A DNA stretch of 64,000 nucleotides, taken from the NCBI GenBank assembly GCA_017395105.1, contig JAFPWD010000038.1, forward strand, positions 20,795 to 84,794. The letters run 5' to 3'. Below are positions 48,274 through 56,528 of this stretch, one piece after another. Origin of the DNA: Clostridia bacterium (GTDB lineage: Bacteria; Bacillota; Clostridia; Christensenellales; CAG-138). Within the stretch, counting starts at the first letter, position 1. Each line of letters starts with the position of its first letter. Under the pieces are notes generated by a model. It was not told the DNA's origin. It saw nothing but the letters and a program-made list of their open reading frames with translations, and ran no database searches. Position numbers and translations under genes: made by a program.

Positions 48274-48536
48274 TCTTCAAACGCGCCTGCTTTACGAAGA
48301 TTATCGATGACCATTGCGATATCCTCACGCATTTCGGCTTCATCGCCATCGAATTCTTCCTGAAGCTTCCTGAGGATCCCCTCCTCGTCGGTATCCTCGC
48401 TAAGGCAGTCGATGATAAATTTTGCTGTGGGATTGGAGCGAAGCATTCCGCGGAAAGCATTAGCCTCATCCGGCGCAAAAACAATTACGCTGTCTCCGTC
48501 TATCTCTACAACGGGCAGATCGTTTTTCAGTTTCAT
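48270..48536 (-). CDS. PqqD-family RiPP recognition element (RRE) protein
   Basis: 88 aa. '...VIVFAPDEANAFRGMLRSNPTAKFIIDCLSEDTDEEGILRKLQEEFDGDEAEMREDIAMVIDNLRKAGAFEE' has typical PqqD length and pattern. An AGGAGAG RBS is present. Confidence 0.75.
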   Translation of the reverse strand: MKLKNDLPVVEIDGDSVIVFAPDEANAFRGMLRSNPTAKFIIDCLSEDTDEEGILRKLQEEFDGDEAEMREDIAMVIDNLRKAGAFEE

Positions 48537-48591
48537 TTATCAACTCTCCTATCCGGCTCAAGGCGTAACGCGAGCCACGAAATTATTGTAA

Positions 48592-48620
48592 ATATTAACA
48601 CACTCCCCCGTGCTTGTCAA
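48592..48620 (-). promoter_or_regulatory. Near-consensus sigma-A promoter for the RiPP operon (-35 TTGACA, 17 nt, TGt-TAATAT)
   Basis: On the minus strand, TTGACA is at 48620-48615 and TAATAT at 48597-48592, with TG at -15/-14. It lies about 55 nt upstream of the PqqD-like ATG. Confidence 0.6.
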
Positions 48621-48630
48621 TCTTTTTTTG

Positions 48631-48659
48631 TTGCAAGCACCTTTTTGTTATGCTATAAT
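48631..48659 (+). promoter_or_regulatory. Near-consensus sigma-A promoter for the GT2 operon (-35 TTGCAA, 17 nt, -10 TATAAT)
   Basis: TTGCAA is at 48631-48636 and TATAAT at 48654-48659, 60 nt upstream of the ATG at 48720. It is only 10 bp from the divergent -35. Confidence 0.6.
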
Positions 48660-48719
48660 ATGCCCGTATTATACTGAATTTGCCGCGGGCTTACCTCCTA
48701 CGGCACGGAACACAGAAGC

Positions 48720-49775
48720 ATGAATGATACAAAACCGTATTTCTCGGTCATCCTTCCCGTATACAACGGCGCTCAGACCTTGAGCAGGGCTATCGTGAGT
48801 ATTCTTGCGCAAACTTTTTCAGATTACGAATTGCTTGTTATAGAAAACGCATCCGAGGACAACAGCCTTGATATAGCAAAAGCATACGAAAAAAGCTTCG
48901 ATAAGGTTCGTGTTTTTCACTCTCGGCAGAAGGGCGTTTCCAAGGCGAGAAACATAGGTCTTGATAATGCTTCCGGCGAATACGCTGTTTTCCTCGATGC
49001 GGATGATTTTTATATGCCGAATGCGCTCAAGACCATGCGTGCCGCGATCGAGGATGAAGACCCCGATATTCTTATAGCCGCGTTCACCAACTATGCAAGC
49101 AACGAAAGCGAAAGAAGAGTTCGCGCAAACGGGCGCGACCTGTTTCTGGCGATGCTCGACCCCCTGAGATACTATTCTCGCATAGTGGACGGAAACGAGG
49201 TTAACGAGTTTTTGCTCAGGCATCAGTGCGCCAAGGCTTACAGGCGCAAAATGCTGCTCGATTCGCAGGTTCGTTTCAACGAGGCTTGCTCGATGTACGT
49301 TGACCTTATCTTCAACGAAGCGGCATATTCCTCATGCACAAATGCTGTGTTGATCTTCAAAAAGCTTTATCAGTACAACCACGTTTCCGGCTCCATTGTC
49401 AATCGCACAGGCCCCGCTTTTATCAAGGATGCCGTAGCTGCGTTCGGGGTGCTCGTTTCTCAGCTCGATTCGCTCGACGGCGAGCGCAGTGATGCCGTAA
49501 TCTTTTATGCATTCATGGTTATAATGCAAATGCTGAAGGTTCAGGCAAATGCTCCTATAGAAGCGAGCAATTCTATGCTCGAAGCTTTTTTAAGCTCGGT
49601 TGATGCGCAAAGAGTTATATGCTCCGTCACCGATCGTGAGCTTCATCCGAACCCCGCTGTAAACGATCAGCTTCGATGCATACTCAATATGCTTACCAAT
49701 AATGATATTCCAGGCGTGCTGACTCTTTTGAGCAATGCAGGCAAATCCCGCGCAAGGAGCAAAAAGAATGAATGA
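48720..49775 (+). CDS. GT2-family glycosyltransferase (soluble, 351 aa)
   Basis: It has 'FSVILPVYNGAQTL', 'IENASEDNS', 'ARNIGL' and 'FLDADDF' (DxD). Confidence 0.85.
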   Translation: MNDTKPYFSVILPVYNGAQTLSRAIVSILAQTFSDYELLVIENASEDNSLDIAKAYEKSFDKVRVFHSRQKGVSKARNIGLDNASGEYAVFLDADDFYMPNALKTMRAAIEDEDPDILIAAFTNYASNESERRVRANGRDLFLAMLDPLRYYSRIVDGNEVNEFLLRHQCAKAYRRKMLLDSQVRFNEACSMYVDLIFNEAAYSSCTNAVLIFKKLYQYNHVSGSIVNRTGPAFIKDAVAAFGVLVSQLDSLDGERSDAVIFYAFMVIMQMLKVQANAPIEASNSMLEAFLSSVDAQRVICSVTDRELHPNPAVNDQLRCILNMLTNNDIPGVLTLLSNAGKSRARSKKNE

Positions 49776-51312
49776 GCCTAAAATCAGCGTAATATCGCCC
49801 GTGCATAATTCCGAGGAGTATCTGAAGCGCTGCGTGGATTCTATACTCAGCCAAACGCTTAGCGATATTGAAGTAATCTTCATAGACGATGCGTCCGAGG
49901 ACGGTTCCTACGATATACTTAAAAGCTATGCCGACTCCGCCCCCCGTGTTTTGATAATAAAGCTTGATAAAAACATAGGCGCGGGCGGCGCGCGCAATCT
50001 TGGCATCGAAGCGGCGCGCGGAAAATACCTTTCATTCGTAGATTCGGACGATACGATCGCGCCCGATTTTCTTGAGCTGCTGTATGCTAAAGCCGAGGAG
50101 ACCTCAGCCGATATTATTAAAGGCTCCTGTTTCGAGGTGTTTTCAAACGATCTCGATTCAGAATTCAGCTTGCAGAATATGCGGCGCCAAAACAGTTTTA
50201 TCAAAAAAGCGATGGAATCCGGCAAGAACACCTGCGTATTCTTCTACAATAGGCATTTTTCTGCCATCTATCGTCATGCTTTTATCGATAAACATAGTAT
50301 TCGCTACGGAAATACCATCGTTGGAGCGGACAGCATATTTCTATTAAAGACCGCAGTGCTTTCCGAATCCTTTGTATTTGAGCCCTCGGCGCGATACAAC
50401 TATTATCATAGAGCGGCATCTCAATCGCTCATCATATCTCAAGAACGCTATGAGAGCAGCAGTGCATCGCTGAAGGAACAGTTTGATTTTCTTGGAAACG
50501 CCGCCATAAAGCCCGAATCTATTTTGAGAGTTGCAAATCGCAGGCTAAGATTCGGACTTAGAATTCATTCTTATCTTCTCTTCTACAAGTATCACGGTAT
50601 CGATGCCGAGGCATACGCGCAAAAGCTGTACGAGATGGCAAGCGGCTTCAAATATGCTGATAAGCTCGGCGCCAAGGATTATGCAATATGCGTTTTTTTG
50701 AGCTCGAACGGCTCCGAGAACCTCTCTATGCTGGGCATGTCAAGCTCATTCGATGATGAACTATACGTTCAACTCGCCAATTTCGAGCGCCTTGCAAAGC
50801 ATATTGTCGATGCTTCCGCTCAGCAGGATCGGGCAATCGATTATCTTACAACAGTCATCATCCACATGCGAAAAAAGCTTGTATTTCGCGCACGCGGCGA
50901 GGTGCGCAAATTCGATCAACGGCTCATCAGCGAGATAATCGATGCGCTTTCGTGCCTGAACACTCCTGAATTGCTCCCCCGCCTTCCCTTCGATGTTATA
51001 GCCATTGTTGAATATAAAGCGGATCTGCCTCCGCTCATTCACATTAGTTCCAAGATCAATTCCTTCACTGACATTGTTTCTCTCCTGAGCAAAACGGTGG
51101 ATCTGCTTTCCGAGCATCCCAATGCAGCTTCGGAGTACTATGATTTTGCGATCAAAATTTACAAGAAGCTTTTGCTTGCTTCCAACTCTTCTATTATAAA
51201 AAGAGACAAGCAGTTTATCACGGCTATGGCCAAGTTAGCTCTTGCCGCCGATTCGCTGAACTGCTCCTTAAGCAGAAAGAAACTAACGGAGGTCTGTCGT
51301 AATGCATCCTAA
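49768..51312 (+). CDS. GT2-family glycosyltransferase with a ~280-aa C-terminal non-GT domain (paralogue A)
   Basis: It has 'ISVISPVHNSEEYL', 'IDDASEDGS', 'ARNLGI' and 'YLSFVDSDDTIAPDFLELLY'. The ATG follows AAGGAG and overlaps the previous gene by 8 nt. Confidence 0.85.
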   Translation: MNEPKISVISPVHNSEEYLKRCVDSILSQTLSDIEVIFIDDASEDGSYDILKSYADSAPRVLIIKLDKNIGAGGARNLGIEAARGKYLSFVDSDDTIAPDFLELLYAKAEETSADIIKGSCFEVFSNDLDSEFSLQNMRRQNSFIKKAMESGKNTCVFFYNRHFSAIYRHAFIDKHSIRYGNTIVGADSIFLLKTAVLSESFVFEPSARYNYYHRAASQSLIISQERYESSSASLKEQFDFLGNAAIKPESILRVANRRLRFGLRIHSYLLFYKYHGIDAEAYAQKLYEMASGFKYADKLGAKDYAICVFLSSNGSENLSMLGMSSSFDDELYVQLANFERLAKHIVDASAQQDRAIDYLTTVIIHMRKKLVFRARGEVRKFDQRLISEIIDALSCLNTPELLPRLPFDVIAIVEYKADLPPLIHISSKINSFTDIVSLLSKTVDLLSEHPNAASEYYDFAIKIYKKLLLASNSSIIKRDKQFITAMAKLALAADSLNCSLSRKKLTEVCRNAS

Positions 51313-52825
51313 AATTTCGATAATAATACCCGTGTACAACTCGCAAAAATATATTTGCGCCTGTATCGACTCGATACTTGCACAATCGTTCACCGATTTT
51401 GAGCTTATCCTTATTGACGATTGCAGCACGGACGGTTCTGCGCGGATCATCGATGAATACCGCGCACAGGATGACAGGATCCATATCATCCACCTTGAAA
51501 ATAATTCAGGGCAGGGCTATGCGCGAAACGTCGGCATCGACAGCGCAATGGGGGAGTATCTTTCCTTCATTGATTCGGATGATATCATTGCTCCAGATTT
51601 CTTTGAGCTTCTTTATAAAAGAGCTGTTGAAAGCGGCGCCGAGATCGTAAAGGGACTCGGCTGTGTCGTTCATAAGGACAGCTCCATAAAAGATACGGAC
51701 AAGCACGCCTTCAAGGAGGTCAATCATGCTATACGGCAGTATCTTATCGGTAAGAGCCCCCGCCCTTTCTGTTTCTACGCAGAGCACTGGAGCGCGATAT
51801 ATAAGCGCGATTTTCTGAATGAGCACGGTATACGCTACGGCTTATCCAGAGTGGGGCAGGACACAACCTTTCTTTTGAAGGTATGCGCATATTTCAGGAG
51901 TATCGAGATCGTTGATGATGCTGTTTACTACTATATCCAGCGCAGCGGCTCAGTTATTCACTCATACGATTCAAAGCGTTTCCGTGCGCGGCTTCACTCA
52001 CTTGAGGAACAGATAGACTTTGCCAATACCGTGGAAGCCGCTGCAGCGCTTTTCCTTTCCCATATCCAAAATAGTATTAACAATTTGCTTGCGCATCATG
52101 CATATCTGAGCGTTCGCATTCCCGAAGCTGAGTCGGCAGCCTTGCTTGAGCGCCTGTATGCTGCCTTGCTCAAATACCGCTATATGCACGAAACGTCGTA
52201 TCGGGACTATTCATTGCGTGCTTTTATGGAGTCAAACGGTCATGTAAATATAAGCTTGAAAGGGTTCATCGTCGGCAATGAGGATAATACCGAATGGCAG
52301 CTCATATCGTTTAACAGATTTATTGACTACATAAACGCCGATGAAGCTTTTTTTGATCAGGGCTTGGAATATTTGGGAGCATCTATACCGTTTATGTTCC
52401 TCATGGCATTCGCAAATCATCCCAACGCCGCTCCCGAAATGTATATGGAGTTTGCCTCCAAACTGTGCAGCATCCTGATGCGTTTCAAGCAACCGGACGC
52501 CTTATGCCGCAAAATGCCGATGTGCGATTATCTTGTCAGATACGGAGCCGATATCTTTCCCCACGGCTGCAGAAAGTATGCCGATGCGTATCTCAATTAT
52601 TTCTATAGTATCACCGATCAGTTATCGAGGATAAACGCATTGCTCAGGGAGCATCCGGGTGCCGCAAAGTGTTTCCATATCGGAAAGCTGCTCACGGCAC
52701 ATGGGTTCAGAATTCTGAAAATGCTGCGATCCGCCGACAAAAAAGCAGTTGATCCGCTCCTGACCGCGTTTGCTTCAGAGGTGGCGAAATTTGACGCACT
52801 GAACAACGCAATAGAAACGAGATAA
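51302..52825 (+). CDS. GT2-family glycosyltransferase with a ~280-aa C-terminal non-GT domain (paralogue B)
   Basis: It has 'ISIIIPVYNSQKY', 'IDDCSTDGS', 'ARNVGI' and 'YLSFIDSDDIIAPDFFELLY'. The C-terminal 'NHPNAAPEMYMEFASKL' matches 'EHPNAASEYYDFAIKI' in paralogue A. It overlaps the previous gene by 11 nt. Confidence 0.85.
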   Translation: MHPKISIIIPVYNSQKYICACIDSILAQSFTDFELILIDDCSTDGSARIIDEYRAQDDRIHIIHLENNSGQGYARNVGIDSAMGEYLSFIDSDDIIAPDFFELLYKRAVESGAEIVKGLGCVVHKDSSIKDTDKHAFKEVNHAIRQYLIGKSPRPFCFYAEHWSAIYKRDFLNEHGIRYGLSRVGQDTTFLLKVCAYFRSIEIVDDAVYYYIQRSGSVIHSYDSKRFRARLHSLEEQIDFANTVEAAAALFLSHIQNSINNLLAHHAYLSVRIPEAESAALLERLYAALLKYRYMHETSYRDYSLRAFMESNGHVNISLKGFIVGNEDNTEWQLISFNRFIDYINADEAFFDQGLEYLGASIPFMFLMAFANHPNAAPEMYMEFASKLCSILMRFKQPDALCRKMPMCDYLVRYGADIFPHGCRKYADAYLNYFYSITDQLSRINALLREHPGAAKCFHIGKLLTAHGFRILKMLRSADKKAVDPLLTAFASEVAKFDALNNAIETR

Positions 52826-52902
52826 TCATAGGCGATATTGGCCGGAGTAAAGGCGGCAGGCGCTCGATCGCACCGCCGCAAAAAACAGCTTAATTCAAGT
52901 CG

Positions 52903-52932
52903 AAAGCCGCCTCGGAGCACCGAAGCGGCTTT
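52903..52932. terminator. Hairpin between the convergent GT2 operon and rplT
   Basis: AAAGCCGC-C-TCGG-AGCA-CCGA-A-GCGGCTTT. The U-tracts are limited to the stem ends. Confidence 0.5.
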
Positions 52933-52946
52933 AAATATCTGCTTAT

Positions 52947-53306
52947 TTAGGCCTTGAGAGCGTTATTTGCAACGTTCACAAGCTCATTGAATGCGTTCAT
53001 ATCGGTGATAGCGAGATCCGCGAGGACCTTGCGGTTCATATCGACGCCCGCGAGCTTGAGGCCGTGGATGAGGTTGGAGTAATTGGTGCCGCAGAGCCTT
53101 GCACCCGCATTGATACGGGCGATCCAAAGGCGGCGATACTCCCTCTTCTTGAGCTTACGGCCAACATAGGCGTAAGCCATGGACTTCATGACCTGCTGGC
53201 TTGCAGCGCGGTAGAGCTTGCTCTTTGCTCCATAGTAGCCCTTAGCGAGCTTAAAAACCTTGCGACGCTTCTTAACGGCGTTGACTGCTCTTTTGATCCT
53301 TGCCAT
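52947..53306 (-). CDS. rplT: 50S ribosomal protein L20
   Basis: It begins 'MARIKRAVNAVKKRRKV.KLAKGYYGAKS' and has 'RRLWIARINA'. Confidence 0.97.
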   Translation of the reverse strand: MARIKRAVNAVKKRRKVFKLAKGYYGAKSKLYRAASQQVMKSMAYAYVGRKLKKREYRRLWIARINAGARLCGTNYSNLIHGLKLAGVDMNRKVLADLAITDMNAFNELVNVANNALKA

Positions 53307-53321
53307 TTTTCCTTGTCCTCC

Positions 53322-53522
53322 TTATCTCTTGTAGGGGATCAGCTTGCTGATCTTGGACTGTTCTTCCTCAGCAATGTAAGCCGTCTTGCGAAGGTTACGG
53401 GTACGCTTGGTGGTTTTCTTGGTAAGGATGTGGCTCTTGTAAGCCCTGCCCCTCTTGATCTTGCCGCTCTTAGTGAAGCTGAAACGCTTTGCGGCGCCCC
53501 TGTGGGTCTTGATTTTCGGCAT
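53322..53522 (-). CDS. rpmI: 50S ribosomal protein L35
   Basis: It begins '[32 protein letters not shown]'. Confidence 0.97.
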   Translation of the reverse strand: MPKIKTHRGAAKRFSFTKSGKIKRGRAYKSHILTKKTTKRTRNLRKTAYIAEEEQSKISKLIPYKR

Positions 53523-53544
53523 GGGTATTCCTCCTAAATAGATA

Positions 53545-54081
53545 TCAGTTCTTCGGTGCGGGTTTGGGGCTCAGTATCATGGTCATATTCTTGCCCTCCT
53601 GCTTTGCGGAGCGCTCCATGACCGCATAATCCTGAACCATTTCATAGAAAGCGTTCATAACGTCGAGGCCAACGTCGCCATGAGTGATCTGGCGACCGCG
53701 GAAACGGATCGAAGCCTTGACCTTATTGCCGCTTTTCAGGAACTTGATGCACGCCTTGGCTTTGACCTCCATATCGTGCGTATCGATCGTGGAGGAAAGG
53801 CGGATCTCCTTGGTTTCAATGGTTGCCTGGTTCTTTCTTTGCTCTTTCTCGCGCTTCATCTGCTCGAAGCGAGCCTTGCCGTAGTCCATGATTTTGCAAA
53901 CGGGCGGGTTCGCGTTCGGCGCGATGCGAACGAGATCGAGATCCTTTTCCTCGGCGATGCGCAGCGCATGGTCGATCTTAACGATGCCAAGCTGTTCGCC
54001 GTCGCTTCCAATGAGTCTTATCTCCTTATCGGGGATCTCTTCATTGATCAATAATTCCTGAGTTGCTATGATATCCACCAC
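53545..54081 (-). CDS. infC: Translation initiation factor IF-3
   Basis: It has 'LINEEI...[14 protein letters not shown]', '[21 protein letters not shown]' and '[13 protein letters not shown]'. The 5' end is uncertain: the annotated GTG sits inside an AAGGTGGTG RBS-like run, so a downstream ATA/ATC start is plausible. Confidence 0.93.
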   Translation of the reverse strand: MVDIIATQELLINEEIPDKEIRLIGSDGEQLGIVKIDHALRIAEEKDLDLVRIAPNANPPVCKIMDYGKARFEQMKREKEQRKNQATIETKEIRLSSTIDTHDMEVKAKACIKFLKSGNKVKASIRFRGRQITHGDVGLDVMNAFYEMVQDYAVMERSAKQEGKNMTMILSPKPAPKN

Positions 54082-54097
54082 CTTGTTGAAAATTTTT

Positions 54098-54130
54098 CAA
54101 AAAAGAAAACGCGCCGCATTCCGCGCCGCG
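54098..54130 (-). terminator. Terminator/attenuator hairpin immediately upstream of infC (possible L20-leader attenuator, or terminator of the upstream exonuclease gene)
   Basis: The minus strand reads CGCGGCGC-GGAAT-GCGGCGCG (8 bp, 1 mismatch) followed by TTTTCTTTTTTG. It ends about 17 nt before the infC RBS. Confidence 0.5.
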
Positions 54131-54288
54131 CACAAACAAGCTGAGCTTTTTTGCCAAACTACTGCGCCTGCATAAATACCTGCGGCGAGTGAGAAGCGGG
54201 CGGCTTCTTCTTGAACATTTGTATTATATTCATGCTCAAGCGGTTTGTCAAGCGTTTTTTGAGCAAAATCGCGATATATTTGAGCGAT

Positions 54289-54846
54289 TTAAATTATTGC
54301 ACAGTCATAAACCGAGATCGGATGCGCGAGAAGGCGCATTACGGTAAGCTCGTCGAGCGCATCGACCACGGCGTTATGCGTTTCAAAATAGTTCGTTTCG
54401 CCCGAAAGCATACGCAGTATCGGCTCAACGCCGAAGCCGCGCTTGAGCCTGCCCGTTTTATAGCAGTCCGCGCAGTCGGGGATGCTTTTATTGAACTGCC
54501 TGTATGCTGCAACCGCCATTATGTCGTGCCAAACATAGGCAGACAGCTCCGGAAGAAGCCCAAAATCGAAGCGGGCGTTATAGGCAAAAATGCGCTTTAC
54601 ACCGTTTGCCTTAAGATATCCGTCAAGCGCAGATTCGAGCTCGTGCCGCATCAGCATTTCGTATTTTTCAACGATGAATAGGCTGCCTTCATAGATGCCG
54701 CCGCGCTCGAATTCGGGCGTTATTATGAAGTATTTGGCATCGAGGGGGCGCATCTCTGCATCCGAAATGACCACCCCGATGCTCATAAGCGCGTTGTCCC
54801 AATTCGTTTCTGTATCTATTACGGCAAATCTTTCGCTCTTTTCCAT
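54289..54846 (-). CDS. DEDDh-type 3'-5' exonuclease domain protein (DnaQ-like)
   Basis: It has ExoI 'AVIDTETN', ExoII 'FAYNARFDFG' and ExoIII 'THNAVVDALD'. The start is taken at the ATG after the GGTGGGGGAG run. Confidence 0.75.
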   Translation of the reverse strand: MEKSERFAVIDTETNWDNALMSIGVVISDAEMRPLDAKYFIITPEFERGGIYEGSLFIVEKYEMLMRHELESALDGYLKANGVKRIFAYNARFDFGLLPELSAYVWHDIMAVAAYRQFNKSIPDCADCYKTGRLKRGFGVEPILRMLSGETNYFETHNAVVDALDELTVMRLLAHPISVYDCAII

Positions 54847-54868
54847 CCGCTCCCCCACCGCTACGACT

Positions 54869-55687
54869 TTAAAAGATATTCGGCATGAACTTATTCATAA
54901 TCACGATGCATGCGATCAAAAGCGCCATTGCTATGAACGCAATCAGATCGATGGTTTTGAAGGAATAAACACGCATCTTGGTGCGGCCTTCGCCGCCGTG
55001 GTAGCAGCGGCTCTCCATCGCCATTGCAAGCTCGTCCGCTCTGCGGAAGGAGTTCACAAAGAGAGGAATAAGTATGGGTATCATCGCCTTGGCGCGCTTG
55101 ATTATGTTTCCGCTTTCAAAATCCGCACCCCTCGCGAGCTGCGCTTTCATTATCTTATCCGCTTCTTCAACGAGCGTTGGGATGAATCGGAGCGCAATGG
55201 TCATCATCATTGCAAGCTCATGCGCGGGGAATTTTATTACCTTGAGCGGCGAAAGCAGCTTCTCAAGCCCATCCGTAAGCGCGATGGGCGTTGTGGTTAG
55301 CGTAAGAAGGCTTGTTCCCGCAACGAGCGTTGCAAGACGAAGCACTATGAAAACGGCGTTTATAAGGCCGTCCTTATAAATTTTGAATATCCACCATTCA
55401 ACGAGCAGATCGCCTGTTTTAATGAGGAAAAGGTTCATTAAAAACATCAGCGGCAAAAGCAGCTTCATCGGTTTGAGCGCCTTAACGAGATACGAAAGGC
55501 GAACGCGAGAAAGCAGAGTTACTCCAACGGTGAAGATTATGATCACCGGGAAAACCTCTATCCTTTTAACAAGGAATACCGCCACGATATACGCGATCAT
55601 CAGCAATATCTTCGTGCGAGGATCGAGCCTGTGCAGAACGGAATCTCCGGGAACGTACTGACCGAGAGTGATATCCTTAAGCATCAT
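54869..55687 (-). CDS. ecfT: Energy-coupling factor transporter transmembrane subunit
   Basis: It is a 272-aa polytopic protein with 'DPRTKIL' and the 'ALRFIP....ARGAD' coupling-helix motifs. It follows two EcfA ATPases. Confidence 0.9.
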   Translation of the reverse strand: MMLKDITLGQYVPGDSVLHRLDPRTKILLMIAYIVAVFLVKRIEVFPVIIIFTVGVTLLSRVRLSYLVKALKPMKLLLPLMFLMNLFLIKTGDLLVEWWIFKIYKDGLINAVFIVLRLATLVAGTSLLTLTTTPIALTDGLEKLLSPLKVIKFPAHELAMMMTIALRFIPTLVEEADKIMKAQLARGADFESGNIIKRAKAMIPILIPLFVNSFRRADELAMAMESRCYHGGEGRTKMRVYSFKTIDLIAFIAMALLIACIVIMNKFMPNIF

Positions 55688-56528
55688 TCATCCTCCCCTT
55701 CAGCCACGATACAAAACGCTCGTTTGTATAGATATCCTCGGGCACTTCAAAGCCGCGCTCGCGAAGCTCCTGCGCAAGGCGGGCGGTTTGCGGCGCATCG
55801 AGACCGAGCGATATAAGCTCCTTGGTTCTTGAAAATATCTCGTCGGGAGTACCGAGCGCATAGAGCCTGCCGTCGTTCATAACGGCTATGCGCTCCGCCG
55901 AGCGCGCAACGTCCTCCATCGAGTGGCTGACCATGATAACGGTGCAGTTGAGCTCATCGCGAAGCGAATTTATGGTTGCAAGTATCTCGCGCCTGCCCGA
56001 AGGGTCGAGACCCGCCATAGGCTCGTCGAGCACAAGGTATTTGGGGCGCATCGCAATTATGCCCGCAAGCGCGGCTCTGCGCTTTTCGCCGCCCGAAAGC
56101 TCAAACGGAGATTTTTCCGCAAAAAGCTCCGGATCGAGACCGACCATGCGCATGGCTTCAATTGAGCGCTGCTTCGCTTCCTCCGCATCAAGCCCCATGT
56201 TCTTTGGGCCAAATGAAACGTCATCGAGCACGGTGCTGTCGAAGAGCTGATAATCGGGATATTGGAAAACCATTCCCACAAGCGCTCTGCCCTTTGCGCG
56301 CTGCTTTTTGTCGCTCATATCGAAGCCGTCCACCGTTACACTGCCGCCCGTGGGCTGCATAAGCCCGTTGAGGTGCTGAATGAATGTGGATTTGCCGCTG
56401 CCGGTGTGCCCGATTATGCCGAAGAACTCGCCGTCGTTTATGGTCAATGTAATATCTTCAACGGCAACGAACTCGTTATCGGTATTGGGCATATAAGTAT
56501 GCGTCAGTTTTTCAACAATGATCGGCAT
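55677..56528 (-). CDS. ecfA2: Energy-coupling factor transporter ATPase (EcfA2)
   Basis: It has Walker A 'GHTGSGKST', 'LSGGEKRR' and 'LVLDEPMAGLD'. Confidence 0.92.
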   Translation of the reverse strand: MPIIVEKLTHTYMPNTDNEFVAVEDITLTINDGEFFGIIGHTGSGKSTFIQHLNGLMQPTGGSVTVDGFDMSDKKQRAKGRALVGMVFQYPDYQLFDSTVLDDVSFGPKNMGLDAEEAKQRSIEAMRMVGLDPELFAEKSPFELSGGEKRRAALAGIIAMRPKYLVLDEPMAGLDPSGRREILATINSLRDELNCTVIMVSHSMEDVARSAERIAVMNDGRLYALGTPDEIFSRTKELISLGLDAPQTARLAQELRERGFEVPEDIYTNERFVSWLKGRMNDA

